Shown here piece after piece: positions 1 through 10,182 of a stretch of DNA of 64,000 bases. Origin of the DNA: an uncultured Gemmataceae bacterium (lineage in GTDB: Bacteria > Planctomycetota > Planctomycetia > Gemmatales > Gemmataceae); NCBI GenBank assembly GCA_963750165.1, contig CAVVPN010000011.1, positions 1,792,001 through 1,856,000 of the forward strand, read 5' to 3'. The position numbers and the translations under genes are program-made. Each line of letters begins with the position of its first letter. Position 1 is the stretch's first letter. The notes below the pieces were generated by a model. It was not told the origin of the DNA. It saw nothing but the letters and a program-made list of their open reading frames with translations, and did no database searches.

Positions 1-1
1 C

Positions 2-1435
2 CGGCCGGCGCCGACGCTCTCGGGCGGCGAGGCGCAGCGGGCGCGACTGGCGACATACCTGGGCGCCGGTCTGCTCGGCGTCTGTTACATCCTCGACGAG
101 CCGACCATTGGTCTGCACCCGCGCGACACAGCCCGGCTGCTGGCGGCGCTGCGCGGCCTGCAGACCGGCGGCAACACTGTCGTGGTCGTCGAGCACGACG
201 AGGCGGTCATGCGTGCCGCCGACTACCTCATTGACATGGGGCCGGGCGCCGGCCGCAACGGTGGCCGCGTGGTGGCGCACGGTACCGTCGCGGAGGTGCT
301 GCGCAATCCGGAATCGCTGACGGCGGCCTATTTACGTGGCACAGGCGTCCCGCCTGTGGAGGTATCCACAGGCGGGACGCCTGTGCCACGGTCGCGGGCG
401 TTGGTGGTGCGCGGCGGCCGGCACCACAACCTCAAGGACATCACCGTGGCGTTTCCGCTCGGCGGCCTGATCTGCGTGACGGGCGTGAGCGGTTCGGGCA
501 AGAGTTCGCTGGTGCGCGATACGCTGTGCCCGGCGGTACGGCGGCACCTCGGCCTGAACGCGCCGCCGCCCGGCGCCCACGACGCCATCGACGGCCTGGA
601 TCACATCGACAAAATCATCGAGGTCGATCAGGCGCCGCTGGGCCGTTCAGCGCGGTCGAACCCGGCGACCTACACGGGCGTCTTCGACGAGATCCGAAAA
701 ATCTTCGCCAGCACGCGCGAGGCGAAGTTGCGTGGCTACGGCCCGAGTCGCTTCAGTTTCAACGTGCGTGGCGGCCGTTGCGAGGAGTGCCAGGGCCAGG
801 GCGTGCGCCGCGTGGCCCTGCACCTGCTGCCGGACCTGACGGTGCCCTGCCCGGTGTGCCACGGCAAGCGCTTCACGCGGCCGACGCTGGAAATCCGCTA
901 CCGCGGCCTGTCGATCGCGGACGTGCTGGACCTGTCGGTGCAGGCGGCGCGCGCGACTTTTGAAAATATCCCCCACCTGGTGCGACCGCTGCAGGCGCTG
1001 GTGGACGTGGGCCTGGGTTACCTGAAGTTGGGGCAGGCATCGAGTGCGCTGTCGGGCGGCGAGGCGCAGCGGGTGAAGTTGGCGGCGGAACTGGCGCGGG
1101 CGGCAACGGGGCGGACACTGTTCGTGCTGGACGAGCCGACGACGGGACTGCACTTCGGCGACGTGGCGGTGCTGCTGGGCGTGCTGCGGCGGTTGACAAT
1201 GCCGGGCAACACGGTGGTAGTGATCGAACACCACCTGGACGTGATCGCGGCGGCGGACTGGGTGATCGACCTGGGGCCGGAGGCGGGCGCCGCGGGTGGC
1301 CGGCTGATCGTGGCCGGCACGCCGGCAGACGTGGCGGCGTGTCTGGAGAGCATCACGGGACGTTACCTGGCGATGAGCGGGCAGGGAAACGCGAGCAACC
1401 CTTCCCGCCTTGACAGCGGAGCGCCGCTCCACTAA
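2..1435 (+). CDS. uvrA: Excinuclease ABC subunit UvrA, 5'-partial (continues beyond window start)
   Basis: Frame open from base 2: TLSGGEAQR..YILDEPTIGLHPRD, VVEHD, GVSGSGKSSL (Walker A), SNPATYTG, FSFN-GGRCEECQG zinc finger, second LSGGEAQRVKL and LDEPTTGLH. Confidence 0.97.
   Translation, partial: RPAPTLSGGEAQRARLATYLGAGLLGVCYILDEPTIGLHPRDTARLLAALRGLQTGGNTVVVVEHDEAVMRAADYLIDMGPGAGRNGGRVVAHGTVAEVLRNPESLTAAYLRGTGVPPVEVSTGGTPVPRSRALVVRGGRHHNLKDITVAFPLGGLICVTGVSGSGKSSLVRDTLCPAVRRHLGLNAPPPGAHDAIDGLDHIDKIIEVDQAPLGRSARSNPATYTGVFDEIRKIFASTREAKLRGYGPSRFSFNVRGGRCEECQGQGVRRVALHLLPDLTVPCPVCHGKRFTRPTLEIRYRGLSIADVLDLSVQAARATFENIPHLVRPLQALVDVGLGYLKLGQASSALSGGEAQRVKLAAELARAATGRTLFVLDEPTTGLHFGDVAVLLGVLRRLTMPGNTVVVIEHHLDVIAAADWVIDLGPEAGAAGGRLIVAGTPADVAACLESITGRYLAMSGQGNASNPSRLDSGAPLH
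335..390. repeat. REP-like perfect 26-bp inverted repeat inside uvrA coding sequence
   Basis: cgtggcacaggcgtcccgcctgtgga-ggta-tccacaggcgggacgcctgtgccacg. Confidence 0.9.
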
Positions 1436-1438
1436 AAG
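1410..1438 (+). promoter_or_regulatory. Putative sigma70 promoter of tRNA-Glu overlapping the uvrA 3' end
   Basis: TTGACA (1410-1415), 17-nt spacer, TAAAAG (1433-1438), 10 nt before the tRNA. Confidence 0.65.
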
Positions 1439-1448
1439 GGAAGAAGCT

Positions 1449-1521
1449 GCCCCCATCGTCTAGCGGCCTAGGACATTGCCCTCTCACGGCAAAGACAGGG
1501 GTTCGAGTCCCCTTGGGGGTA
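1449..1521 (+). tRNA. tRNA-Glu (anticodon CTC), CCA not encoded
   Basis: Acceptor GCCCCCA/TGGGGGT, D-arm TAGCGGCCTAGG, anticodon arm TTGCC-CTCTCAC-GGCAA, T-arm AGGGG-TTCGAGT-CCCCT. Confidence 0.97.
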
Positions 1522-1580
1522 TTGGTGTACACTGTAGGTGATTGACCACAGTTGACAGGATTTGCACAAAGCTCCTGGTT

Positions 1581-2040
1581 TCAGGGGCTTTGTGCGTTTC
1601 CGGGGAATGCTGACAATTCTCGACAGCCGCTGACTGCACCGCTTTCTGCACCACTTTTTCCAGCACGCGAAGGCCACGCCGCGACGCCGGCCCGCCGGAT
1701 GATGCGCAACAACTGCGTGCGGAGATTCTGGTTGGTGTCGCGGTAGCGGTTGATGAGAAAGACGGTCCCCGGTTCGGAGCGCTCGAAAGCGTCTTCCATG
1801 TAGGGCCGCAGTTCCGGAAAGATCGGCACCCAGCGCTCGCTGCCGCCTTCGTGGTGTTCCGTCTTTGGACTGCGGACCAGGAAGCGGCCGCGTTCCCAAT
1901 CTACCTCTCCCCAGCGCAGCGGCAGCAACTCGGATGGCCAGCGAACCCCGCTGAAACGGCACAGCGCCACAATGAGCCGCCATTCCGCGTCCGGGCAGGC
2001 GTCCAGAATCCGCCGCGTCGTTTCCTGTGTGACAAAGCCT
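1581..2040 (-). pseudogene. Tyrosine recombinase/phage integrase fragment next to tRNA-Glu
   Basis: ILDACPDAEWRLIVALCRFSGVRWPSELLPLRWGEVDW..VRSPKTEH..RWVPIFPEL is the box I region; no N-terminus and no box II H-x-x-R/Tyr. Confidence 0.8.
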
Positions 2041-2101
2041 GGTCTCCAGACGGCTCTGGAGAGCCGTCCCACGGTCGCACAGCCTGTTCCCTGAACCTGC
2101 G

Positions 2102-2872
2102 CTAGTAAGGGAACGCCTCGTCCATTGTCGCCGCGGCCAACTCCACCAGGAAATTCGCCAACCGCTCCACCATCACTTCCATCAGCTGCCGTCCCTTCTC
2201 CGCGGTCGCCGCCGACGGGTCTCCCATGCCGGTGTTGGCGCTCACCAGATGCCACGGCCGCGTGATGCTCACCCAGCCGCGGTTGATCGCCTCGAAGCGC
2301 GACGGCTTCGCCGCTCCGTTGTCCGCCAGCTCCGGCCGCACCAGTTCCGGGAAGTACGCCAGCCCCAAACTCGTCTCCACCTCGTCGGCGTGCTCGCCGG
2401 GCCGCTCGAAAATCTTCGGATACACGTCGGTGGCCATGCGGAACCAGTCGCAGACGCACAGGAACACCTTGCTGGTGTGGTGCAACTGGCGTGTCAGCGG
2501 TTTCAGTTCGTTGCCGCCGTGGCCGTTGAGCAGCACCAGTTTGCGGACGCCCTGCCGCCCGAGCGAGTCGGCCAGGTCGGTCAGCAGAGCGAGCAGCGTG
2601 GTCGGCGTGACGCTGCACGCCAGGCCGCCAGGCACCTTCAGGTGGTTGGTGTTGACGCCGAAGGGGATGGTCGGCAGCAGCAGTACCCTGGCCCCCGCCT
2701 GATAGGCGCGGCCGCAGACGCGCTGGCCGATGGCCTCGACCTGGTAGTTATCAGTGCCGTAGGGCATGTGCAGGTTGTGCGGCTCGGTCGCGCCGAACGG
2801 CAGCACTGCCACCTGCCACTGTCGCTCGCGCAGGCAGGCGTGATTCTGCTCCGCCAGGATCCATTCGCGCAT
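2102..2872 (-). CDS. Creatininase (creatinine amidohydrolase) family protein
   Basis: LPFGATEPHNLHMPYGTD, LNGHGGN, GEHADEVETS motifs. Confidence 0.9.
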   Translation of the reverse strand: MREWILAEQNHACLRERQWQVAVLPFGATEPHNLHMPYGTDNYQVEAIGQRVCGRAYQAGARVLLLPTIPFGVNTNHLKVPGGLACSVTPTTLLALLTDLADSLGRQGVRKLVLLNGHGGNELKPLTRQLHHTSKVFLCVCDWFRMATDVYPKIFERPGEHADEVETSLGLAYFPELVRPELADNGAAKPSRFEAINRGWVSITRPWHLVSANTGMGDPSAATAEKGRQLMEVMVERLANFLVELAAATMDEAFPY

Positions 2873-2921
2873 CGTCGTCCCCCCGGTTGCCATCCGCGTC
2901 GCTGTCGCCATACCATCCATT

Positions 2922-3605
2922 ATGAGAGTCTTGCTCACCAATGACGACGGGATTGACGCCCCAGGCCTGCAAGCGCTGCTGGAGGCGGTGCAGCCGCTGG
3001 GCGAGCCAGTGGTGGTGGCGCCGCTGGAGCACCTGTCCGGTTGCAGCCACCGGGTCACGACGCAGGCACCCTTGCGGCTGCACGCACGCCGCGAACGGCA
3101 CCTGGCCATCGACGGCACGCCGGCGGACTGTGTGCGTGTTGGCCTGCACCTGGAGTCGGGCATCGACTGGGTGCTGTCGGGCATCAACGAGGGCGGCAAC
3201 CTTGGCGCGGATGTGCATATTTCCGGCACGGTGGCGGCGGTGCGCGAGGCGGTGCTGCACGGCAAACCGGGGGTGGCGTTGTCGCACTACCACCGCCGCG
3301 GCGGCCACATCGACTGGGCGACGGCGGCGGCGTGGGTGCGGTCGGTGCTGCTCGAGTTGCTGGCGCGACCGTGGACGCCGGGCACGTTCTGGAACGTGAA
3401 TCTGCCGCACCTGGAAGCGGGGGCGGCGCGGCCGGAGGTGGTGTTCTGTCCGCTGGAGCCGGGGCCGCTGCCGCTGAGCTTCCGCCGCGAGGGTGACCTG
3501 CTGCACTACAACGGCGACTACCACCAGCGTGGCCGCCGCAGTGGCAGCGACGTGGACGTTTGTTTCGGAGGCAAAATCGCAGTCACGGAACTGCGACTAT
3601 TCTAA
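2922..3605 (+). CDS. surE: 5'/3'-nucleotidase SurE
   Basis: LLTNDDGIDAPG, DGTPADCV, SGINEGGNLG, SGTVAA. Confidence 0.95.
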   Translation: MRVLLTNDDGIDAPGLQALLEAVQPLGEPVVVAPLEHLSGCSHRVTTQAPLRLHARRERHLAIDGTPADCVRVGLHLESGIDWVLSGINEGGNLGADVHISGTVAAVREAVLHGKPGVALSHYHRRGGHIDWATAAAWVRSVLLELLARPWTPGTFWNVNLPHLEAGAARPEVVFCPLEPGPLPLSFRREGDLLHYNGDYHQRGRRSGSDVDVCFGGKIAVTELRLF

Positions 3606-3652
3606 AAAAAATCACCACGGAGCGCTCTCCGCGCGCTCCGTGGTGATTTTTT
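3604..3652. terminator. Bidirectional intrinsic terminator between convergent surE and rplU
   Basis: A-tract, atcaccacggagcgc...gcgctccgtggtgat stem, T-tract. Confidence 0.8.
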
Positions 3653-3664
3653 CCCGAGAGCCTT

Positions 3665-4051
3665 TCACGCCGGGGCGCCGGCCGGCTGCTCCTGTTGCTC
3701 TGGCTGCTCTTGCTGCTCCTGTTCGGCGGGCGGTTGCATACCCGGCAGCAGGATGTGTAGGATTTCCACCGCGGTGTACGGCTGGCGGTGACCGCGCAGC
3801 CGGCGGTAATTCTTGCGGCGGCGGAAGTGCTGGATGTACAACTTCGTGGACGGGTGATCGATCACCTCGGCCAGGACCCGCATTCCCTCGATCACCGGCT
3901 GACCGATGCGTGTGTCGCCCTCGTTCTGGTACAGCAGCACGCGGTTGAACTCCACCGAGTCGCCGATTTCCGCGTCGCGATAATCCAGCCGCACCACGTC
4001 GCCTTCGCTCACCATGTACTGGCGCGAACCGTCTTCAAAAATCGCATACAT
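3665..4051 (-). CDS. rplU: 50S ribosomal protein L21
   Basis: MYAIFEDGSRQYMVSEGD..FRRRKNYRRLRGHRQPYT; Gln/Glu-rich C-terminal tail. Confidence 0.95.
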   Translation of the reverse strand: MYAIFEDGSRQYMVSEGDVVRLDYRDAEIGDSVEFNRVLLYQNEGDTRIGQPVIEGMRVLAEVIDHPSTKLYIQHFRRRKNYRRLRGHRQPYTAVEILHILLPGMQPPAEQEQQEQPEQQEQPAGAPA

Positions 4052-4216
4052 GTGTCCTGGATCCCCTGCGGGCACTGCGTGTTTCCTTAAACAGCCATGA
4101 TAGGGATCGGCGACGGTGGCGGCTACCGCAAATCCTCACGCCGCGCCGCGCCGCGTTGCGAGCTATAGTTGACTGGCGACTCGTTGCCCGCGGTTGTTTT
4201 CCACAGGATGGACTGC

Positions 4217-6881
4217 ATGGCCATCGCCTCCCTCGCCAACTTGATTGACCAGGTGAGCCGCAGCCAGTTGCTGCCCGAGGAGCAGCAACAGGAACTGGCC
4301 GGCCCCCTGCAGGCGCGCTTTCAGGAGCCGCGTGAACTGGCCCGTGAGCTGGTCCGCCGTAAATGGCTGACGCCGTTTCAGATCAACCAGATTGTCGCCG
4401 GCAAGGGCCGCGACCTGACGGTCGGGCCGTACATCGTCCTGGAGCGCATCGGCGAGGGCGGCATGGGCCAGGTGTACAAGGCCCGGCACCGCTCCCTCGA
4501 ACGCCTGGTCGCTGTCAAGGTTGTCCGCAGAGAGTGTCTGGACAACCCAATCACCATCCGCCGCTTCCAGCGCGAAGTCCAGATGGCGGCCCAGCTGCAA
4601 CACCCGAACATCGTCCGTGCCCTCGACGCCGATGAGGTTGGCGGCATGTACTACTTCGTCATGGAGTACATTGAGGGCATGGACCTGGCCCGGCTCGTGA
4701 AGGACCAGGGGCCGCTGCGGCTGCTGCAGGCATGCGACTACATCCGCCAGGCCGCCCTGGGGTTGCAGCACGCCCACGAGCATGGCATGGTCCACCGCGA
4801 CATCAAGCCGGCCAACCTGCTCGTCAGCCGGCCCGGCTCGTGGGACAAGGGCCAGAGCAGCCTGATGCCCCGGCCGTACGCCGGTGCGCTGCAATGGGGC
4901 GTCGTCAAGGTTCTCGACATGGGGCTGGCCCGTTTGGAGGACCGCGACGACCGGCCCGCTGGCACGCTGTTGACGCAGGTCGGTTCGGTCATGGGCACGC
5001 CGGATTTCATCGCCCCCGAGCAGGCCCGCAGCGCTCGCTCCGCCGACATCCGCTCGGATCTGTACAGCCTGGGCTGCACCCTGTACTTCCTGCTGACCGG
5101 TCAGGTGCCGTTCCCGGAGGGGTCGCTGACGGAGAAACTGCTGTACCATCAGATGGACGAGCCGGCGCCGCTGGAGCAGGTGCGCCGCGCCTGGCGGGCG
5201 GAGCAGGCGGCGGCGGGCCACTCGGCGGCCTTGAAGGACGACCCGGCCGTGCTGGGCGCGGTGTCCGTGCTGGTGCGGCGGCTGATGGCCAAGAAGCCGG
5301 AGGACCGGCTGCAAACGCCCGCCGAGCTGGCGGACACCCTGGCCGAGTTGGCCCGGCAGGCGCTGCAACCGCCGGCGCCGCGGTCGTCCCGGGCCATGAA
5401 ACGAACGCACACCCTGAAGCGTCCCACCCTGCCAGCCGCGCCCGCGGAGCCCGTCACCCCCGTGGCGATGCCCGTGACGGTGCTGGCCGAGCCCACCACC
5501 CCGCCGACAACACCGCTGCCGAAAGTCACCGCCCGGATGCCGCGACCACCGCAGCCAGCGCCCCGCCGCGCTCCCGCTGGCTGCACGGCATTACGATGAT
5601 GCTGTTCCTGCTCGTGGCCGCCCTGGCCCTGGGCGTGGTGGCGGGCTGGATGCCCGGCCAGGCGCCGCGCTCCGAGGAACCGCAGCCACAGCCTCCACCC
5701 CCGCCGCCAGCCCCGCACCGGCTCACGGAGGTGGAGGCCGCCTGGCAGAAGCTGCAAGCGCGGCTCGAACGGCCCGAGGGCGACGCCGCCCTGCTGCGCC
5801 GCGACCTGGTCGCCTTCCGCGCCCGCTTCCCGCGCGCTCCGGAGAGCAAACGAGTGACCGCGGCGCTGCTGGAGCTGCCATCGCCGCTGGACCACCTGGC
5901 GGCGCCGAAGGTGTCGGCGAAAGAGCGGTTGGCCTGGCAACCGAAGGAACTGGTCGGAGTGCTGGGCGACCGCAAGGCGGGCGCGGCGGCCACGGTCCAG
6001 TGCCTGGCCTTCAGCCCGGACGGCCAGCAGGTCGCCCGTGGCACTGCGGACGGCACGGTGCGGTTGTGGGACACGGCGACGCTGAAGGCAGGACCGGTGC
6101 TGGCGGGCCATCAGGGCGCCGTCGCGGCGCTGGCGTTCGCGCCGGACGGCAAGACGCTGGCGACGGCCGGCCGAGACGGGGCGGTCCACGTCTGGGACGC
6201 GTCCACAGGCAAGCTGCTGTCCAGCCTGCGTGAGCACAAGCAAGCGGTGATCGAACTGGCGTTCCACCCCGAGGGCAAGGGCCTGGTGAGCCTGGGCAAG
6301 GACGGTGTGTTGAAACTCTGGATTACCGGAGCGGCGAAGGCGGCCGGCATGCTGGAGGGCCGCAAGGACGTTTTGCCGGTGTGCGTGGCCTTCTCGCCCG
6401 GCGGTCGCACGCTGGCGTGCGGCCAGGCGGACGGCAAGGTGCGGCTGGTGGCGCTGGAGAAAAACCAGGTGATCACCACGCACACGGTCCAGACCGGGCC
6501 GGTGCGGGTGCTGGCGTTCAGCCCGGCCGGCCGGCTGCTGCTGACCGGCGGCGCGGACGGGCGCTGAAACTGCACGACTGGGACGGCCTGCAACTCACCG
6601 AACATGCGGCGCTCAAGGGTCACAAGGGGCCGGTGCAGGCCGGCGTGTTCAGCCCGGACGGCAAGTTCCTGGTGACCGGCGGCGCCGACCGCAGCGTTCG
6701 CGTGTGGGAGGTGCCGTCCGGCAAGAAATTGTACGGTCTGGAAAGTCTGCTGACAGGGGTCGGTCACCTGGCGCTGGCGCCGGACGGCCGGCACCTGGCG
6801 GCGTCCGGCCCAGGCCCACTCGTCCACCTCGTCCGCCTGGCGGCCCCACCGCGCGACCAGATGGCGCAAGAGAAACGCTAA
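4217..6881 (+). CDS. Ser/Thr protein kinase with TM segment and C-terminal WD40 repeats (frameshifts near 5575 and 6560)
   Basis: IGEGGMGQVY, HRDIKPANL, DMGLA, GTPDFIAPEQ; then hydrophobic segment and AFSPDG/LWD repeats running across three frames. Confidence 0.85.
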
Positions 6882-7294
6882 CGCTGCTGCCGCCGTGCCA
6901 CCGAGACCAGGCCGGCGCTCGACTCGAAGATGCGTCGGCGGCGCTGCTGCGCCTGCGCGGGCGGTTCTTGCTGCCGTTGAAGGTCCGCCAGGTTGGCCAG
7001 GCAGAAAGAGCAGCCGATCGTGTGCAGGTGGAAGTCGATGTAATCTTGCAGACCCGGGTCGAGCACTTGCAGCAGAAAACTGCCGACCTGCTCGCGGGTG
7101 GGGCAGGTCAGGCGTTTGCGCCGCCAGACGGCTCCGAGCGAGTGTTCGCCGCGATCCATTTCGCGCATCAGCACCCGCAGTTGCTGGCGCAGCGGTTCCG
7201 ACTCGCGCAGCGCCTGCTCGATGACGGCGCTTTCGTGGTCGCTGAGGGTGTCGTCCAAATAGCCGGCCAGCTGTTCGCGCGTGATGATGCTCAT
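6878..7294 (-). CDS. Putative zinc-finger anti-sigma-like protein
   Basis: LAGYLDDTL..IEQAL, then CPTREQ..FHLHTIGCSFC (H-x4-C-x2-C); directly downstream of the ECF sigma gene. Confidence 0.6.
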   Translation of the reverse strand: MSIITREQLAGYLDDTLSDHESAVIEQALRESEPLRQQLRVLMREMDRGEHSLGAVWRRKRLTCPTREQVGSFLLQVLDPGLQDYIDFHLHTIGCSFCLANLADLQRQQEPPAQAQQRRRRIFESSAGLVSVARRQQR

Positions 7295-7403
7295 ACCTTC
7301 CCCCGAGACGCAGACGGGTTGCAAGTATTCAACCACCGCGGTGGGGGAAAGTCAATCGCGGGCTCCGTTCCGGGAGCCCGTGCCGCGCCTGTAATTTGTT
7401 CGG

Positions 7404-8045
7404 CTATTCTTCCCGTGCCTGGTGCAACTCCGGAAACACGTCAACCGGCAGCCCCAGGTCGCGCACTTGCTCGGTCAGCTTCTTGACCGCGGCGAAGCGA
7501 TAGTTGGCAACCTGCTGTTCCGTGATCTTCAGCAGCGCCGCCACGTCGCGGTTGGCCATGCCCTTGACCATCAGTAGTTCCAGTACCTTGACGCGCAGGT
7601 GGTCGCCGCGTTCCTGCCACTGCCGCAGCAGCTGGCCCAGGCAGCGGGCGAGGGCCTCGCACTCCAGCTCGCGCCGCTCCTGGCTGCGTGCCAGGCTCGA
7701 CGCGGCGCCGTGCAGGTCCAGCTGCTGGTGCAGCAGGTCGCCGGGGTGGTCGGAGACGTGGTGCATTGGGTGCCGGCCGGTGCGGCGCAGGTGGTCCGTC
7801 AGTTTGTACGACGCGATGGTGAAGAGATATGTCTGTAGTTCGCGGCGCTCGTCGAAGTTGGGCAGGCTGTTTAGAAAACCGATGAATGTCTCCTGCACCA
7901 CGTCTTCGCTGAAGCTGCGGTCGTGCAGGCGGCGCTCGACGAACGCCTGCAGCCGGCCCTCGTAGCGGGCGATCAACTGATCCCAGGCGCCGGTGTCGCC
8001 CTGGCGGATTTGCTGGATCAGCAGGCGGTCGCTCTCGGAGGTCAT
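7404..8045 (-). CDS. RNA polymerase ECF sigma-70 factor
   Basis: Region 2 EDVVQETFIGF..YLFTIA; region 4 ANRDVAALLKITEQQVANYRF. Confidence 0.9.
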   Translation of the reverse strand: MTSESDRLLIQQIRQGDTGAWDQLIARYEGRLQAFVERRLHDRSFSEDVVQETFIGFLNSLPNFDERRELQTYLFTIASYKLTDHLRRTGRHPMHHVSDHPGDLLHQQLDLHGAASSLARSQERRELECEALARCLGQLLRQWQERGDHLRVKVLELLMVKGMANRDVAALLKITEQQVANYRFAAVKKLTEQVRDLGLPVDVFPELHQAREE

Positions 8046-8058
8046 GACATGCCGTGGG

Positions 8059-8607
8059 CTAGGGTTTGTGGGCGACGGTTTGATTATAACATCCGCCGCG
8101 GCCGCACTGCCACCACTCCCGCAGCCGCAGCAAGCCGCCGACCGCCGCCACCACCAGCACCACCAGCGGCACCCCCTGCGCCGACAGGACCAAGCGCTCG
8201 TGCGACCGCGCCTGTCGCCGCAACTCCTCCAGCTGCGCCGGCGTGATCGTGATGGTGACGGCCCAGCACTTGAGCCACTTGCCGTTCACGTCGCGCCCCG
8301 GCTGTTCCTCACGTTGCGTGACGAACTGAGCGCGGACCTCTTCCAGCGACAACCCCCACGAGTGGTCCGGTCCCGGCGGCTGCCCGTAATGGTTCAGGAA
8401 CCGACGGGCGTTCTCCAGAGCCCGCTCCAGGGTCTCCTCCTCTGTCTCGCCCCAGCCGCGGAACGTGAACGTCTGCGCCCCGCTCTTCGTGGGCTTCGCG
8501 GGGGCGGAGACGGTGGACGGCTGCGGCGTCGGGTCGGCCCGGCCGAGCGCGACGCGGACCAGCGCCACCAGCAGGACCGCCAGGAGAATTTTTCGACAGC
8601 ACATCAA
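8059..8607 (-). CDS. Hypothetical exported/membrane protein
   Basis: N-terminal signal-like segment and C-terminal hydrophobic helix; co-oriented in the operon. Confidence 0.6.
   Translation of the reverse strand: MMCCRKILLAVLLVALVRVALGRADPTPQPSTVSAPAKPTKSGAQTFTFRGWGETEEETLERALENARRFLNHYGQPPGPDHSWGLSLEEVRAQFVTQREEQPGRDVNGKWLKCWAVTITITPAQLEELRRQARSHERLVLSAQGVPLVVLVVAAVGGLLRLREWWQCGRGGCYNQTVAHKP
8083..8091 (-). promoter_or_regulatory. Extended -10 element upstream of the ECF sigma gene
   Basis: TGTTATAAT on the minus strand about 40 nt before the ATG at 8045. Confidence 0.5.
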
Positions 8608-8628
8608 GCGCTCCTCTCGGTCCGGGAA

Positions 8629-10167
8629 TCAGGCGTTGGCCAGGCGCAGTTTCTTGGCTTTCGGCGCCGGCGGCGGCTCCCACGGGCTGACCAGCTGGAT
8701 GACGACCGCCGCCAACACCAGCGCCACCACGCCGTAGGGTTCCTGCGGCCGCGGCCACAAAAACAGCAGCACCGTCCCCCAGAACGCCGCGCACACGACA
8801 CCGAACAGGCTGAAACGCTGCGGCCGTCGGCGCTCGCCCATCTTCCACCAACGCATCACCACGAACGCCAGCGCGAAGTAGCTCAGGTAGCGCGCCGTTG
8901 TGGACATGCCCTGCTCGCCGAACAGGGCCGGCAAAGCCAGGCGCCGCGCCGGCTCCGCCCGCTCCTTCGCCCCCGGGCTCAGGCTGCTGCCAGGCGCCGG
9001 GCCAAAGACGGCCGGCAGTTCCTGGCCGTCCAGCCACAGCGTTTGCAGCCCCAGCCCCAGGCCCAGCGCTGAAAACAGCACGCGCAACTTCCACGACTCC
9101 TCGACCGGCGCCGACAGGCATTTGACCGGGATCAGTACCGCCCAGCACGCGGACACCGTCAGGAAGAAATAGCGGCCCAGTTCGTCCAGGGCCGTGCGAT
9201 CCATGACGCTACCACACACCACCACCAGCAGCGCGGCCAGCACCGCGGCCAACGTCAACGAACCGCACAGTTCCGCCACCAGCCGGCGCGGGGCCGGGGG
9301 CATGCCGGGCGGGCTGGGGGTCGGGACCGGAGCGGGAGTCGGTTTGGCTTCCACCGGCGCCGGCGGCGCCTCCGCCGGGCGGCCGAGCGCCTCGATGGCC
9401 CGGGCCATCTCGCTCATGGTGCGGTAGCGCTGCAGAGGGCTCTTGGCCAGCGCCCGCGCCAGGATCGGCTGATACTCCGCTGGCACCTTGCTCAGGTCCG
9501 GCAGGTTCGTCTGGTGCTTCATCATCACTTCGACGGCCGACTCGCCGATGAATGGCGGCTCACCGGTGAGCATCTCGTAGAGGATGACGCCGCAGGCGTA
9601 AATGTCGATCTGGTTGCCGTAGTTGCCCGTGCTGATTTCCGGAGCCATGTAGTAGACGGTGCCGACGCTGCTCGTCTGGGCGAGTTGATGGCTGTCGTTG
9701 AGGCACTTGCACAGGCTGTAGTCGCCGACCTTGGCGCGGTTGTTCTCGATGAAGACGTTGGCGGGCTTCAGGTCGCGGTGGGCGGGGCCGTTGCTGTGCA
9801 GGTAGACGACGCCGGCGGCGATCTCCAGAAACCACTGCCGGGCCAGTTCCGGATCGAGGCCGCGCGGGTGCCGTTGCAGGATCGTGGCCAGCGACTCGCC
9901 GGCCACGTACTCCATGATAATCCAGTGGTTATCCTTGTCGTCGGTTTTGATGTCGTACAGCGTCACCAAATTCGGATGCTTGAAGTTCAGGCACGGCTTC
10001 ATGCCGCGCAGCTCCACATCATGGTTCTTCAAAATGAGCTTGAGCGCGACCTCCTTGCCGGCGTCGCTAACGGCGTAGTAGACCTCGCCGAAACCACCGT
10101 GACCGACGCCGCGCTTGATCGTGTAGCCGGGTAGCGGCCGTTGACCGGAACTGTAGGTGAACTTCAC
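8629..10167 (-). CDS. Ser/Thr protein kinase with C-terminal multi-pass membrane domain
   Basis: GHGGFGEVY, VALK, HRDLKPAN, GTVYYMAPE; about 6 hydrophobic helices; AGGAGG SD before GTG. Confidence 0.9.
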   Translation of the reverse strand: MKFTYSSGQRPLPGYTIKRGVGHGGFGEVYYAVSDAGKEVALKLILKNHDVELRGMKPCLNFKHPNLVTLYDIKTDDKDNHWIIMEYVAGESLATILQRHPRGLDPELARQWFLEIAAGVVYLHSNGPAHRDLKPANVFIENNRAKVGDYSLCKCLNDSHQLAQTSSVGTVYYMAPEISTGNYGNQIDIYACGVILYEMLTGEPPFIGESAVEVMMKHQTNLPDLSKVPAEYQPILARALAKSPLQRYRTMSEMARAIEALGRPAEAPPAPVEAKPTPAPVPTPSPPGMPPAPRRLVAELCGSLTLAAVLAALLVVVCGSVMDRTALDELGRYFFLTVSACWAVLIPVKCLSAPVEESWKLRVLFSALGLGLGLQTLWLDGQELPAVFGPAPGSSLSPGAKERAEPARRLALPALFGEQGMSTTARYLSYFALAFVVMRWWKMGERRRPQRFSLFGVVCAAFWGTVLLFLWPRPQEPYGVVALVLAAVVIQLVSPWEPPPAPKAKKLRLANA

Positions 10168-10182
10168 GGAACGACCTCCTTT

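Noticed and set aside
6560..6570. TGA at 6565 as another selenocysteine
   Set aside because: WD40 sequence resumes in a different frame, so it is a frameshift; not a Cys position
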